Made by a program: the position numbers and the translations under genes
Notes under the pieces: generated by a model
What the model was told of the DNA's origin: nothing
Databases searched by the model: none
Seen by the model: the letters and a program-made list of their open reading frames with translations, nothing else
Assembly (NCBI RefSeq): GCF_964355755.1
Contig: NC_092677.1
Span: forward strand, 10,438,101-10,502,100
Source: Antedon mediterranea
Taxonomy: Eukaryota > Animalia > Echinodermata
Reading direction: 5' to 3'
DNA: 64,000 nt
Part shown: one piece after another, positions 1 to 13,385 of the stretch
Layout: each line of letters opens with the position of its first letter
Numbering within the stretch: position 1 is the first letter of the stretch

Positions 1-375
1 AATTTTATTAAGCATAGTTAAAAATGTAAGGAAACTAGTGTCTCACAGGCCTGGTAGTTTGATTCAATTAGTGAATGTGCATTAATATGGAGTTTGTAGA
101 CTGTAGATGATATTTAATTAAAAACATTACTGTCGGTAGAAATAAATTAACAGAAGTTGAGAAATTATTATTAAAGCATTTGGTTGTGTTTATATTTTCA
201 TAAATATTTTGAAAGAAAACACACAAAGTTGATACCTGTATCAAATTTCATGACAACACAAGTATCGGATAACACCTAACAACATGCAGCTTGGAACATT
301 CCCAGCCGTATGAGGGTGCTACAATGAATGTTTTGACAAGCGAAGTAAAATTTGTTTGAAGTTTTGTATTATGCT

Positions 376-587
376 GACAACTTTGTCATGTAATAAACCA
401 GAAAGACAACTTTGTCATGTAATAAACCAGAAAGACAACTTTGTCATGTAATAAACCAGAAAGACAACTTTGTCATGTAATAAACCAGAAAGACAACTTT
501 GTCATGTAATAAACCAGAAAGACAACTTTGTCATGTAATAAACCAGAAAGACAACTTTGTCATGTAATAAACCAGAAAGACAACTTT
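376..587. repeat. Perfect 29-bp tandem minisatellite (7 copies plus a partial copy)
   Basis: Unit GACAACTTTGTCATGTAATAAACCAGAAA starts at 376, 405, 434, 463, 492, 521, 550 and partially at 579. There are no spacers. Confidence 0.95.
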
Positions 588-1320
588 TTCAGTTAACTTA
601 GTAAAGATATGGTGGCGAGTGGTAGGTTTTTTTTAAAAAAAGAAAATAAATTTGTTCGTAATATTACACTCAGGGGCGAGATAGAATCCACTTCCCTCTG
701 TTGACAGACTGTAACTTTTTAATAATTAATAATTTAATATGAATCATGTAATTATATAAGAAATAAAGTAACAGTATACAAATATATTAATATCTTTACA
801 TTCAATCTTTAATATTTTATGATATAAATACATTTTATAAGCCAATATAAAACCAGAAAATGAGACAATAAGAAGACATTAGAAACAATAAATTAGGAAA
901 TTATGGGGACACAAGTGACGAATGCTAGCTTAACGATTAAATCATGTGAACATGTATTAATTTAATTCGTTAAGAGTCTTGCAAAACCCATTTCACGAGC
1001 AAAGTAACATTTTATTACCATCAGTCATTTGGAAAAGGGAGCTTAATAAAAGAAAAACCTGTCATTTAGTAGACATTATAAAATGTATTATGTCTGGAAG
1101 AAAAAACATTAAAAATGCTTTATGATCTTAGAATGGTCAAACATGAAAAGGATTGGTTTATATGAATGTTAAACAAATGTATTAGGAAAATGCTACTGTT
1201 GTTACAACATTGTCTACAAGGGAGAACACTAAACCTATAAAACTGTCTAGAGAACGGTCAGATAAAAATTACAAGAGGCTATTACGTTTGCTTCATGAGA
1301 AAACTTTCTAGTTATTATTG

Positions 1321-1473
1321 ATCATGTGAAAATAGTTCTTCTGCAGTTACTGCAGTAACTACATTTTTATTGCAAAAACATTTTATGGTGCTAACACTGT
1401 ACAAGCTTGCTGAATAAATGCATACAGGTTTAGAAAAAATGTAGTTACTGCAGTAAAATAAATTTTACATGGT
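1321..1473. repeat. Short degenerate inverted repeat (MITE-like remnant)
   Basis: TTACTGCAGTAACTACATTTTT at about 1347-1368 is the reverse complement of AAAAATGTAGTTACTGCAGTAA at about 1435-1456. Outer CATGTGAAAAT and ATTTTACATG also pair. Confidence 0.55.
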
Positions 1474-2066
1474 CCATTACTAGAATATATATTTTATAAG
1501 TTCTGTAGAATTTAAGAACATCTACAAAAACTGTTTTTATTATTTGAGGAAAAACCTCTATTTAGTATATTACGATTTTTGTTTGATGAAACTTGGCAGT
1601 TATTATTGCATTTAAAACAAATTGTGCAAAATGTTATAAACATTCTACTATAAAAACTGTTTTATATTTTAAATGGAGAAATAAAAATACTTTGATATTA
1701 ATACTAATGTTGCAACATTATCGAAATAGTATTTTATACTAGGATTGATTTCAGAATGTTGTGTAGAATTCTACAAACTTTTTAAAGTAATAATCAAAGT
1801 TCATTCAAAATCCTATGAGGTTATTACGGAATGTTGTGTGAAACGAACATAGCACTAATATTTTACAAACTTGCAAATGAAGATCAGTGCCAGCCAATCT
1901 TATAAGGTTAATTACAAAAGTTGCACAATTACAAATTGTAACAGAATGTAAAGAGTAATGTAAAAAAAGTCAAATTGGAAGGTGTACAATTCCTGAAATT
2001 TTATAAAGCACCTGGTTCAAGATCTAAAGAGAAATGAAAGAGGAATGGGAAGAAAAAATCTGACAA

Positions 2067-2841
2067 TATGGAACGCCGTTTACGCAACATTTCGATGATA
2101 TGAATTTTATGACGCGATATGTGAATGAAATGCATCGATATGAATTAAATGGTGCGATATGAATGAAATGTTTTGAATTGAATGCTTTGAATTGAATATT
2201 TTGAATGAAATGTTTTGAATGAAATGTTTTGAATGAAATGTTTTGAATGAAATGTTTTGAATGAAATGTTTGAATTGAATTGAAAAGTCAAACTATTGGT
2301 GGCGTATGTCATTCTCGCTCGCGATTATTTTCTCAACCTCTTAGGCCTAAGCCTGGGTACCCTCATCTCCTTTCTTCCACGCTGCCTTTACAGAGAATCC
2401 TAACAGACCTGGGTTTGGAAATATGTATTCCAATGTTTCAGGTCTGTTAGAGAGTCTCTGTAAAGGATTCATATTGATGACAGCGTTGAAAGGAGATGAG
2501 GGTACCCATGCTTAGGCCTATTAAGAGGTTGAAAAAAAATCGCGAGCGGGAATGACATACGCCGCCAATAGTTTGACTTTTCAATTCAATTCAAACATTT
2601 CATTCAAAACATTTAATTCAAAACATTTAATTCAAAACATTTCATTCAAAACATTTTATTCAAAACATTCAATTCAAAACATTTCATTCAAAACATTTCA
2701 TTCAAAACATTCAATTCAAAGCATTCAATTCAAAACATTTCATTCATATATCACGCCATTCAATTCATATCGATGCATTTCATTCACATATCGCGTCATA
2801 AAATTCATATCATCGAAATGTTGCGTAAACGGCGTTCCATA
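2067..2841. mobile_element. Foldback-type non-autonomous DNA element, near-complete palindrome with 6-bp TSD
   Basis: Left end TATGGAACGCCGTTTACGCAACATTTCGATGATATG is the exact reverse complement of the right end. Both arms contain 14-bp tandem repeats (GAAATGTTTTGAAT). Symmetry centre is near 2424. TGACAA is duplicated at 2061-2066 and 2842-2847. Confidence 0.9.
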
Positions 2842-3889
2842 TGACAACATGTAAGCCACAAAATGCTAAGCTGGCATCCATCCTCTGGTCAAGGTGGGCA
2901 CTGGAAGAGAGAAGCCCTTGATTAATGTTAGGACCAATCAAGGTGCTTTAAACAGTCCTTGCTTTGTTTGTATCAAATCTGTTAGTGGCGGTAATTATCG
3001 ATTGAATAAAAATAACAATTAAAAAAAAAAAGTCTAGAAAGACACACACAACAAATCTAAAAATTAAATTAAGTTTTACAAGAAAATGTAATGTCAACAG
3101 TGGTTGCATTATTCACTATTTATAGGTAATTTTTAAAAACTTCAACATTTTATTTGAAGAAATATATTTATACAAAAAGAAGAAATTATTACACAGTAAC
3201 TATCAATCATACAATATTTAGCAGACATCCATTTTATATTAAACTCACAACCCCGATATTGTCATGTTACTTTTTATAGCATTTTCCACTGTGTGTATTA
3301 ACCACCTAACGACAGAATAACATTATTACAACATAAATTGCTGCATAGCCGACCGTCTATATTCCTTCATAATGTTACCTATATCTAGGCTGCAAAGATA
3401 TAGATCCGCAGTTGACCAGACTAATCACCATCGCCTGTCTGAAGTCAGACATAATCTAAGTTGACGTGATGAATGTACACGGCGCATATTTCACTACCTG
3501 AGAATACGACTTTAACGATAATGATGCATGAACATCAAGTAAATGACTTTCCAGGGAGCGATAAACTGTATTTGTTTTTCAAATCTATATCGGGTCTTCT
3601 ACCTGTTAGTTCATTTTTACTTGGGAAGGATAAAGAGACGGAAAGATAAAACATTCAATGTAAAGGTACAGCTTCCAATCAATCTAATGTACAATGACTG
3701 TGGTGCTTATATAATGATTTGTGACTAACATTCATGTGAAATATTTACATGCACAAAATGACTAGAAGAAATTGCGATGACTGAACTGAACATAACAAGT
3801 TACCACATTTATTCAAATTATTTGAATAAATGCCCTTATTTGAATAAACGCCTCACCTCCCACACCTTTATAGAACATCGTTTGGAATA

Positions 3890-4120
3890 ATATAGTTAAT
3901 AGTTCATTCTTATATAGCGCATAAGCAAGCTCTCAACTCTGGAGTTCAAAACACCGGGGTTGAACAGCTGACCATTCTCCGGAGGGCAAACTGCGGAGGC
4001 ACACCGGTGTCAAAATAGAGGGCGGTATTTACGATTACGATCACAAACCTTGGGGTGTCTTCGGCGATCACTGCAGAATTTTTGTGTGAAAGGGGTATAA
4101 GTGCCCTGACAACCGCAACT
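3890..4120 (-). mobile_element. SINE/LINE 3' fragment with L2-like tail
   Basis: GC-richer island. On the minus strand it ends GCGCTATATAAGAATGAACTATTAACTAT, resembling L2/CR1-mobilised SINE tails. Related tails occur at about 6640-6700 (+) and 16152-16212 (-). Confidence 0.45.
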
Positions 4121-5116
4121 ATCTAATACTGCTAATATACAGTACAAGAATGTTGGCCGAATGATTATCTAACTTCACACTACTACATAAAAAATATTTA
4201 AATGACCAATCATCTCTTTTTGTAATAAAAAAAAAACTTGATGCATGTGAATGCAATATTAGGACGTGACTGTAAACTCAAATGAACTTCCGATTCCTGC
4301 ATTGGCGACAGACTAATTGGAAGTAACATTCTAAGCTTATTAGTTTCGGAGCATGCAATTATTCTAAAAAAAACCAAGAGGGGTTGTACACTATGCTTAT
4401 TATATAGCTAAATTACAAAAGTTTGTCTAGTGGTCTAAAGCTACTATACCTGGGGTTGTATGAGCCTGTCTAAATTGTATTTTTCTAAATAATTAACTTT
4501 TGGCCAGTGTGTATAAAAATGCCCATCCTACTATACTAAACAAAATGTAATGGTTCGATTGACATTTGAAAAGATAACCAGTATAATAATAATAATAATC
4601 AGTATAAAAAAACACCACATATTATAAAAATTATAAATAGATACGCTTAATGCTACATTTTGTCCACAATGTATCAATATTGTAATACATCTGAACTTCT
4701 CCTTAATGAACTTTGTCATTTACAAACTGATTTAAAACCAAGAGAAATAGAAAGATCGAGTGTATTATGATAACATTACAATAACCCTAGGTAACATCTT
4801 GTCTGCTATAGACCGAAAACAAATTAGTCTGTAAAAGAATTTCAAAATCAGTGGTGATATAAATTGTTGTTTTTGAGTTTTGAAAGAAAGGGGGTTCCCC
4901 TTAGTCTCTTTTTACCTAAAGTGTCCCTCTAGGAATGTAGACAGAAGATAACTATGCACCATATCAATGTTTGAAATGGATAGGTAGGGGGTTTCCCCTC
5001 ATGTATTTTCTCCATTGCCTTTTCTACCTTAGGGGCGTTATTAAGGAAATCAATTAAGAAGTATATGACTGGAATGAGTATGAGCATTTTTCCTTTAGGG
5101 TTTTTTTTTTGTTAAT

Positions 5117-5363
5117 TATATATATATACATACTAAAAAGTTTTTCCTTTTATTATAGTCAAAAATTATAATCATAATCTATCTAATTTTAAATTTAAAA
5201 AGATATAATTTTAGTAGTATAATGTATACAAATTCTAACATATATTATATATACATACTGAAAAGTTTTTCCTTTTATTATAGTCAAAATTATAATCATT
5301 ATCTAACTAATTTTAAATTTAAAAAGATATAATTTTAGTATTATAGTGTATGCAAATTCTAAC
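5117..5363. repeat. Tandem duplication of about 125 bp
   Basis: TATATATACATACT(A/G)AAAGTTTTTCCTTTTATTATAGTCAAAA...CAAATTCTAAC occurs twice head to tail. Confidence 0.85.
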
Positions 5364-5547
5364 TTAAATTGATGTTTAAAAAAAGATCATGACAGGATAG
5401 ATAATGTTCATAATTAACACATCCGTTACCAGTTATTCTTTTTAAAAAATTGCGGAAGGATAACCATTGAAGTGTAAAGAGACATGCTAATAATACATTT
5501 TACAGACCTGTTTTTTATTTTCCTGCATAATAATGTGAAATTACTTT

Positions 5548-5965
5548 GCCATCATGATCACTTCATCATTATTGTCATCACTTTATCATTGCTGTCATCA
5601 CTTCTTAATTTCTCTCATCATTATTCTCATCACTTCATCATTGCTGTCGTCACTTTATCATTGCTGTCATCACTTCATTATTGCTCTTATCCCTTCATCG
5701 TTATTCTCATCATTTCATCATTGCTGTCATCACTTTATCATTGCTCTTATCCCTTCATCGTTATTCTCATCACTTTATCATTGCTGTCATCCTTTCATCA
5801 TTATTTTCATCACTTTATCATTGCTGTCATCACTTCATCATTGCTTTCATCACTTCATCATTGCTGTCACTTGACAGCACACCATCCCCATCACTTCACC
5901 ATAATTGTCATCACTTCTCTATCATTTCATCATATCACCATCATTGTCACCAATTCATCACTTTT
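5548..5965. repeat. (CAT)-derived degenerate minisatellite
   Basis: Repeated CATCACTT(C/T)ATCATTGCTGT-like 20-mers. The overlapping His/Ile/Ser ORFs in three frames are a by-product. Confidence 0.9.
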
Positions 5966-7697
5966 ACAAACATACGTTACATTCACAATATTCATCAGTT
6001 CATTCAACAGTATTAAGCATATATATATATACAAAGTCTGTGGTGACTTACTGATGCTTTTAATTAAATGTTGAAACATTATGAATGAGCTAATATTATT
6101 ATGCAAGATTTCTTATGTAATGTTTTATCAATAAACAAAAAATACTGCTACTTTAAACAAGCACTCAACCAAATGAATGTTTTAAACCACCGACCCATGA
6201 CAGATTATGTCAGAGGTTAGAAGTTGCATAATTAGAATGTTGAGAACATAACACATGCCTGCAGGCCAATTGGCTAGACAACAGATCATACAGGTAACAT
6301 TTCAACAGTTATCATTCAGTTATGACTCATGCAAATTATGTATCTGGAGTCTGCTTGAAAAACTGGCAACCAATCTAGAAATGAGGTTGTATACAGGGAT
6401 ACCCTTGAAAATAAGAACAAAGTTTGGTTTACAAAACTTCAGATAAATTACCTATTATCTTATGCGTGTTGTACTTTTCTATTTATTGTCTTTTCCTCAA
6501 CTGATTAGGTAAATTCATACAATTAATTCTTTAAAAAAACCCATTAAAATCATACCTCTTTTCTAAGGCATATGAAATTAATGGATAAAAAAATAATAAT
6601 AAATCGGAGTCTAAATCAGGTATTGTATGTGGTTGCTAGCGGCTTGAGCACTTTGAGTGGATATGTGTGCTATATGAATTATTATTATTATTATTATTCA
6701 TTTTTTCCCCTTCTTTCAAAGTTACAGTATGTTCAAATGTTTCACTATAATATTTTATTTATACTGTTTTATATTATATTATTAATGTGTACTCTTATGT
6801 ACTATAGATTGAATAATGCTGTTGTTAAACCATCCAACAACAACAATAATTTTTATTTGGCAAAATAGTTGCAAAGCATTTGCAAGTTTACTTGCTAGTT
6901 TGTGTAAATGTGTTTGCATAGTAATAAGCAAAATGTAGTACTGTATCAGTACATATATGACCAAAACATTGATGAGATAAAAAAAAAAAGTCAAAGTCTA
7001 AACCATTGTAAACAGAATACAATAGCTGTACTAAATGGAGATACATGAATTCAATGAATTTGTAGCTAGGAGAGGAAAAGCAGAGTAAGAAATGTTTAGT
7101 TTAGTTTAATCAGTACTGTATTGTGTATGAACATACAGAAGAAAGTCTGAGCTTTGAATTTAAAGCCATCGTGTCCATATAATAGCTTTACTGAAATATA
7201 GGATGAGCAGCAATGTTCAGTTTTTACGATTTAATACGATATTAAGGATAATATGACTGGCCATGGATATCTATTTCACTGTTTAAACAATTGCCTATGG
7301 TTATAGAGGTTATAAAATATTTGGTTTGGGAATATGTATTTGTACACTGGTATAATTTAATGAATAAAACAGGTTTGTTGGATTTTAAGGCGTTAGTTAG
7401 ACACATTTAATGTATAGTATAGTAACTATGAATGAACATTGATATATACATACATATCACAGTGGCTTGGCTCACTATTTCTGAGTTTGTTTTATATTAT
7501 CTGTCATATCAAACTTATTACTGGACCTTATGTTGTGTTCAAAATGATTTCAATGCTTTTACATGTCTCACATTTGGATTATAACCTGTAAAAATAATTT
7601 TCTGAATTATTTGAATGTATTCATACGAAACAAGAAGAACACAAATATGAAAGGAAGTCATTATAAAGTGATATATCTCATCATACACCTGTACCAG

Positions 7698-7820
7698 TAT
7701 GTTAACAATACACTGCTTTGTTTATTCTGGAAAGAGCAAGATATCTATTCATACACCTGTACCACTATGTTAACAATACACTGCTTTGTTTATTCTGGAA
7801 AGAGCAAGATATCTATTCAT
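7698..7820. repeat. Tandem duplication of about 55-68 bp
   Basis: TATGTTAACAATACACTGCTTTGTTTATTCTGGAAAGAGCAAGATATCTATTCAT is present twice. Confidence 0.9.
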
Positions 7821-8319
7821 GAATAAAAAGATTTAAAGCGGTAAAAAAGAAAGGTCGCAGACATTATTCACTTTGCAACATACAAAGAGTTAATTTACCT
7901 AAAAAAGAAGTGGGTCACATTTGCCAGGAAACTAGAAAGTTTTTTATCAAGGATAAAAAGATATGTATATGATCCTAGTATTATACATTGAATACCATGC
8001 TTTAATGCCATGATGTTATTATAGCCAAAGTGACAGGATTTAAAAGGAAAGAATCTGATTGGTTAACAGTAGCCCTTTCTAAAAACCAATAGAAACAAGT
8101 GTATAAAGTACTGTCTAGATATTATAGAAAGATGTAGAAAAAGATGATAGAAGAGGATATAAGATGTCAAGAAGGAGAGAGGATGAGAGGAAAGGAAAGG
8201 ACATGTTTATAAGGAGAAAGGGACAGCATGTAAAGGAGAAAGAGAGTAAGTAAAGAAAGAGGACAAGATGTATATAGATGATAAAAAAGAGGAATGGATA
8301 AGAATAAAGTGGAAAAAAG

Positions 8320-9700
8320 AAAAGGCGAGAGGGTTAGCAAAGAAGAAGAAAAAGGAGATGTTGCAAAGAAGAAAAAGGAGACGTTGTAAAGAAAAAGGAA
8401 GAGGAGAGGTTGCAAAGAAGAAAAAAGATGAGAGGTTGTAAAGAAAAAGAATGAGGAGAGGTTGCAAAGAAGAAGAGAAGGGAGAGCTTGCAAAGAAGAA
8501 GAAAAAGGAGACGTTGTAAAGAAAAAGGAAGAGGAGAGGTTGCAAAGAAGAAGAGAAGGGAGAGGTTGCAAAGAAGAAGAGAAGGGAGAGGTTGCAAAGA
8601 AGAAGAGAAGGGAGAGGTTGCAAAGAAGAAGAGAAGGGAGAGGTTGCAAAGAAGAAGAAAGATGAGAGGTTGTAAAGAAAAAGAAAGAGGAGAGGTTGCA
8701 AAGAAGAAGAGAAGGGAGAGCTTGTAAAGAAAAAGAAAGAGGAGAGGTTGCAAAGAAGAAGAGAAGGGAGAGGTTGCAAAGAAGAAGAGAAGGAAGAGGT
8801 TGCAAAGAAGAAGAGAAGGGAGAGGTTGCAAAGAAGAAGAGAAGGAAGAGGTTGCAAAGAAGAAGAGAAGGGAGAGGTTGCAAAGAAGAAGAAAGATGAG
8901 AGGTTGTAAAGAAAAAGAAAGAGGAGAGGTTGCAAAGAAGAAGAGAAGGGAGAGCTTGTAAAGAAAAAGAAAGAGGAGAGGTTGCAAAGAAGAAGAGAAG
9001 GGAGAGCTTGTAAAGAAAAAGAAAGAGGAGAGGTTGCAAAGAAGAAGAGAAGGGAGAGGTTGCAAAGAAGAAGAAAGAGGAGAGGTTGCAAAGAAGAAGG
9101 GAAGGGAGAGCTTGTAAAGAAAAAGAAAGAGGAGAGGTTGCAAAGAAGAAGAGAAGGGAGAGGTTGCAAAGAAGAAGAGAAGGGAGAGGTTGCAAAGAAC
9201 AAGAAAGATGAGAGGTTGTAAAGAAAAAGAAAGAGGAGAGGTTGCAAAGAAGAAGAGAAGGGAGAGGTTGCAAAGAAGAAGAGAAGGGAGAGGTTGCAAA
9301 GAACAAGAAAGAGGAGAGGTTGCAAATAAGAAGAGAAGGGAGAGGTTGCAAAGAAGAAGAGAAGGGAGAGGTTGCAAAGAACAAGAAAGAGGAGAGCTTG
9401 CAAAGAACAAGAAAGAGGAGAGCTTGCAAAGAACAAGAAAGAGGAGAGGTTGTAAAGAAGAAGAGAAGGGAGAGCTTGCAAAGAACAAGAAAGCTGAGAG
9501 GTTGTAAAGAAGAAAAAAGAGGAGAGGTTGCAAAAAAGAAAAAGAGGAGAGGGTTAGCAAAGAAGAAGAAAAGAGGTTGCAATAAAAAAAAAAGAGAGGT
9601 TGGATAAGAAAAAAGAGGATGTAAAGAAGAATGAGGAGAGGATGTAAAGAAGAATGAGGAGAGGATGTAAAGAAGAATGAGGAGAGGATGTAAAGAATTT
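8320..9700. repeat. Purine-rich 26-bp satellite
   Basis: Dozens of variants of GAGAGGTTGCAAAGAAGAAGAGAAGG, decaying into a 21-bp GAGAGGATGTAAAGAAGAATGAG-like unit at the right end. Confidence 0.95.
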
Positions 9701-10256
9701 AGGATGGAAAAAAGTATAAAAAAGGTGTTAAGAAATCTGGATTTAACATAAATAAATGTATAGACATATCATAGCGTGAGAAGCTTAAAACATTACTAAA
9801 ATACAAACATTACACTAAACTAATTCATTCATTTATATAAAATTTAAATACAGTGATGGCAGATGTTTATGTCAGACATAATGTTTTACTAACGATTAAA
9901 CGAGAAGAAAATTGAACCACAATCAATAACGCTCCTCCTAAAAACTGTCTAGACACACGAATAATAACAAAAACATAATTTACCAATCAACAATTGAAAT
10001 AACATGACTGTATAATCTGTTTATTTGGAAGTGAATGCAAACTTCATGATCTTAATCTCCCTATTCATTATTTTCTGTATTATTCATGTATTAAATTTGT
10101 AAAAGATTACTCTGGAAAACAATGTCTGGAAAAACATTTCATAAATTGTATCTCACATGAATTGATTATTTAATAAAGTAGTGTAAGTTTATTTAAACTA
10201 CGCAAATATAGTAATAATACAGATCATAATATGAAATTGTAATTTTGACAAAGCGG

Positions 10257-10258
<2 letters not shown>

Positions 10259-10287
<29 letters not shown>
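10259..10287. repeat. (TG)n microsatellite
   Basis: Perfect TG run. Confidence 0.95.
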
Positions 10288-12475
10288 CTTTCAACAAGAT
10301 GTTTTATTAACTACCTCGTTCATTGAATAAGAAACGAACCATTCATTCCTGTGTACTGAATGCGCATATGCAGGATCAAATTTTTAAAAGGGGTTCGTTT
10401 TTCCAGAAAATAAAAAATCGTCACAAGCTAGGCTGCTAGGCCTATATACCATGAATTTCTCTCTAGTTCAAAAGAGCACTTCAAGGCAAAAATGTTTGTA
10501 TTTTTGTGAGGGTCCCTAATTATCAGCTTCAGCTGGATGGACCACCCTCATAAAAAATTGTTGAACAAATACCCCAGTTCCCCCTCCACCACAAGCTACG
10601 AGCTTAATGATACAGAGCTCGCTACAACACTATTCAAACGATAGAAGGGAACGTGGCCTGGTGCCAATGGCCTAAATTGAACACCCTTTAAATAACAATT
10701 TTGTATGCACAAATAATATACACAGAGAACAACCTGGAATTGAATATTCTTATTTATATGGAGGTTACTGTACATTCTAATCAGCAAAACTGTCAATAAG
10801 TTTACCCATACAAGACAGCCTGGAAAGTGATACTATTTCCTAATCAATATTCTATACCATGGCAACAATAAAAGAAAAACATCTCATTCTCTCATTAAGA
10901 AGAATGAAACATACACAAGCAACATAATATTTCAATTATTCAAAGTGAATTATTTATAACCTATTTTAGTATTGTAAGTGCCTCATGGTGTTTTAATTTC
11001 AAACATGCTCATATTGTAGGATAAGTGCCACTTTTTGGATAAGTGGCTTTCCATTACTACTGCATGGTATTGTGCACGTACAAACCTGAGAATAATTTCC
11101 AGTTGCCTTTTACACACACAAAGAACTCTGGATGACTACTATTGTGAAATTCTTTCAAATTGTTTTGACTGAATATTATAAATTTGTTTAGCAAATCATT
11201 ATGTGGCTCCAAGGAAGGAGTGAAAATAATCATTTTTAAAATCTTTTCCTATTAATCTTTTCTAATCATGATTACTGATATGATTTAAAGGTTGGTTTCC
11301 ACTAGGACGCAATGCAAAAACGTAGGCGCATTGTAAATAATTTGACCAATTACAACGTAAAGGATTATCACAAATCCTGTAGAAATATTATGAAATCTTT
11401 ACATTATTACGTTATGTGACAAAAACATTTGATGTGCCCATAATATTGTATATGGACATGATGATGTCATATATCACTACCATACTTTGACATATCAACG
11501 ACACATTTTAAAATTACTTATGCACAATCAGACAAAATTCTTTTATTAGATGATATTATATCTGGACAATGCTTAATTAATATATTGAAAATGATGGATA
11601 AAGTGAGAAAATAAATGGCCAACAGAAATGTCAACTGTGTTGTTATGTTGTGAAGTATACTCTATTATCTGTCTAGACAGGATTAATTTGTATGTCATAT
11701 TATATACTGTCTGATGTTGCTAAAGCCTAGTTCTAAGTAAATGACGGGCTTACGAATGACGAGAATGACGAATTTAATGAGATTGAGAATGACAAATTTT
11801 AACGAGAATGACGAATAACAAGAATCACGGAACATTTCTTCTAAATATTTATTTTTGAAGAAGAATTCTGTGGATATTATAATTTATGAAAAAACATGAA
11901 AACTTGATTTAAAAATCATCAAATTTTACAATAATTTTCAAATTATTTTTGAATAATAAAACATAGACATTTTATGTGTATTTAAATATGGTAGTGTTTA
12001 TTTATAAAAATATATTGTGATAATGAACTAACCTGTGTAACCATTGGTGTGACACTAATCATAGCACTCAGATATATAATATATACTGTTGAAATAGTAT
12101 TCCACATATGTTAAATGGTCTACCCAATATGTTATACTTATATTAATCTATTTTTTTATTTCATCGAGGTTGTTTCATTTTTAGGAAATTTAAAGGTTGT
12201 TCTAATATTTATAATCGATTATAAAAGCAATAATTATAATAAACTCTGTATTTCTCAATAAATGATATTCTCTATGATGCTTTTATTTGAAAGTTAATTA
12301 TTTAAAAAAATATATATATATATATATAATATGTATGTTACATGGTATGTCTAAACAACAAAAAATTAATATATATATAAAAACACATCAGGCACAGAAC
12401 ATTAATTCTAAACCGCCCGGTAATATACTTAAATTTATTTAATTAATTTGAAACGATAAAGATGAGGAAATCTGT

Positions 12476-12548
12476 CACCCCAACCGAGATTCGAACCCGG
12501 AACCTTCTGCTGGATATGCAGATGTCCTAACCATTAGACCACTGGGGC
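12476..12548 (-). tRNA. tRNA-like sequence (anticodon ATC; probable pseudogene or SINE head)
   Basis: Minus strand reads GCCCCAG TG GTCTAATGGTTAGGAC A TCTGC ATATCCA GCAGA AGGTT CCGGG TTCGAAT CTCGG TTGGGGT G. This is a 73-nt cloverleaf with A and B boxes, but A32 and C37 are non-canonical and there is no adjacent T4 terminator. Confidence 0.6.
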
Positions 12549-13385
12549 TTTCATGGTATTGTTATATATATATACTTGATAAAATAACATAACATCACCA
12601 TATAATAAATAAAGCAAATCATTGTTATATATTGAAATTATTAATCACGATTATTTATTATAGCAACAATACTTGGATGTGAACAGCGTGAAGCTGTTAG
12701 AGCGTGAACCGAAAGTATTTGATATGCCCGAGCATTGCCTTATCCAATATTATGTTGTGATTAGATATGATACTGTATCATCTTTCAAATACACAGACAT
12801 ATTAGTAATTGCACACATTCAATGAAAAACATTCTCACGATAAAATATCACCATCGGCAACAAAAAAACAATGTATTCATATAAAAAGAGCGCTCTCATT
12901 AACAGAATGTGAGAATTTTTAATATTAAAATATTTCTTTTTTACTAAAAATTTGTCGTGAATGAAATGGTGTAGACTAAGAGTACCATCAAGGTTACGGA
13001 CAGCACAGTACGGTCCCACAATGCATATTTAAATATAATGACGACAAACACAAATAATTGTATTTTCGAACAACTGGGAACACCTAATCACACTTATCCT
13101 CTTAATAATTTTTGTATTTTGTAAATCCTGTATATGCATTTTAATCTGTATATTTTATTGTATCATGTATTTTATTTTGTGTTCTAGCATTTTACTGATT
13201 TTATTCTATTTTTATATTAAGTTGCCATAAGAAAAACCAATTTCAAATCTTTGTTCGTTGAATTATTTGACAATAAATTTATCTTGTATCTTGTATTAAC
13301 CCAAATTCAAAGACACTTTATAAAGTAAAAATTAGATGGCAAAAAGGCTGTGATGATGAATTTCTTGTTTGTGCTTTTTAAATAA

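Noticed and set aside
376-587. CRISPR-like array (29-bp repeat with internal palindrome)
   Set aside because: Repeats are directly adjacent with no unique spacers, there are no cas genes, and the context is eukaryotic.
2552-2854. 100-aa ORF
   Set aside because: Lies in the tandem-repeat arm of the foldback element.
5484-6074. His/Cys-rich ORFs suggesting a metal-binding protein
   Set aside because: Three overlapping frames across a CAT-based minisatellite.
8167-9607. Long ORFs of 408-471 aa on minus and K/R/E-rich ORFs on plus
   Set aside because: Translations of a 26-bp satellite, open in all frames, with no domain content or codon structure.
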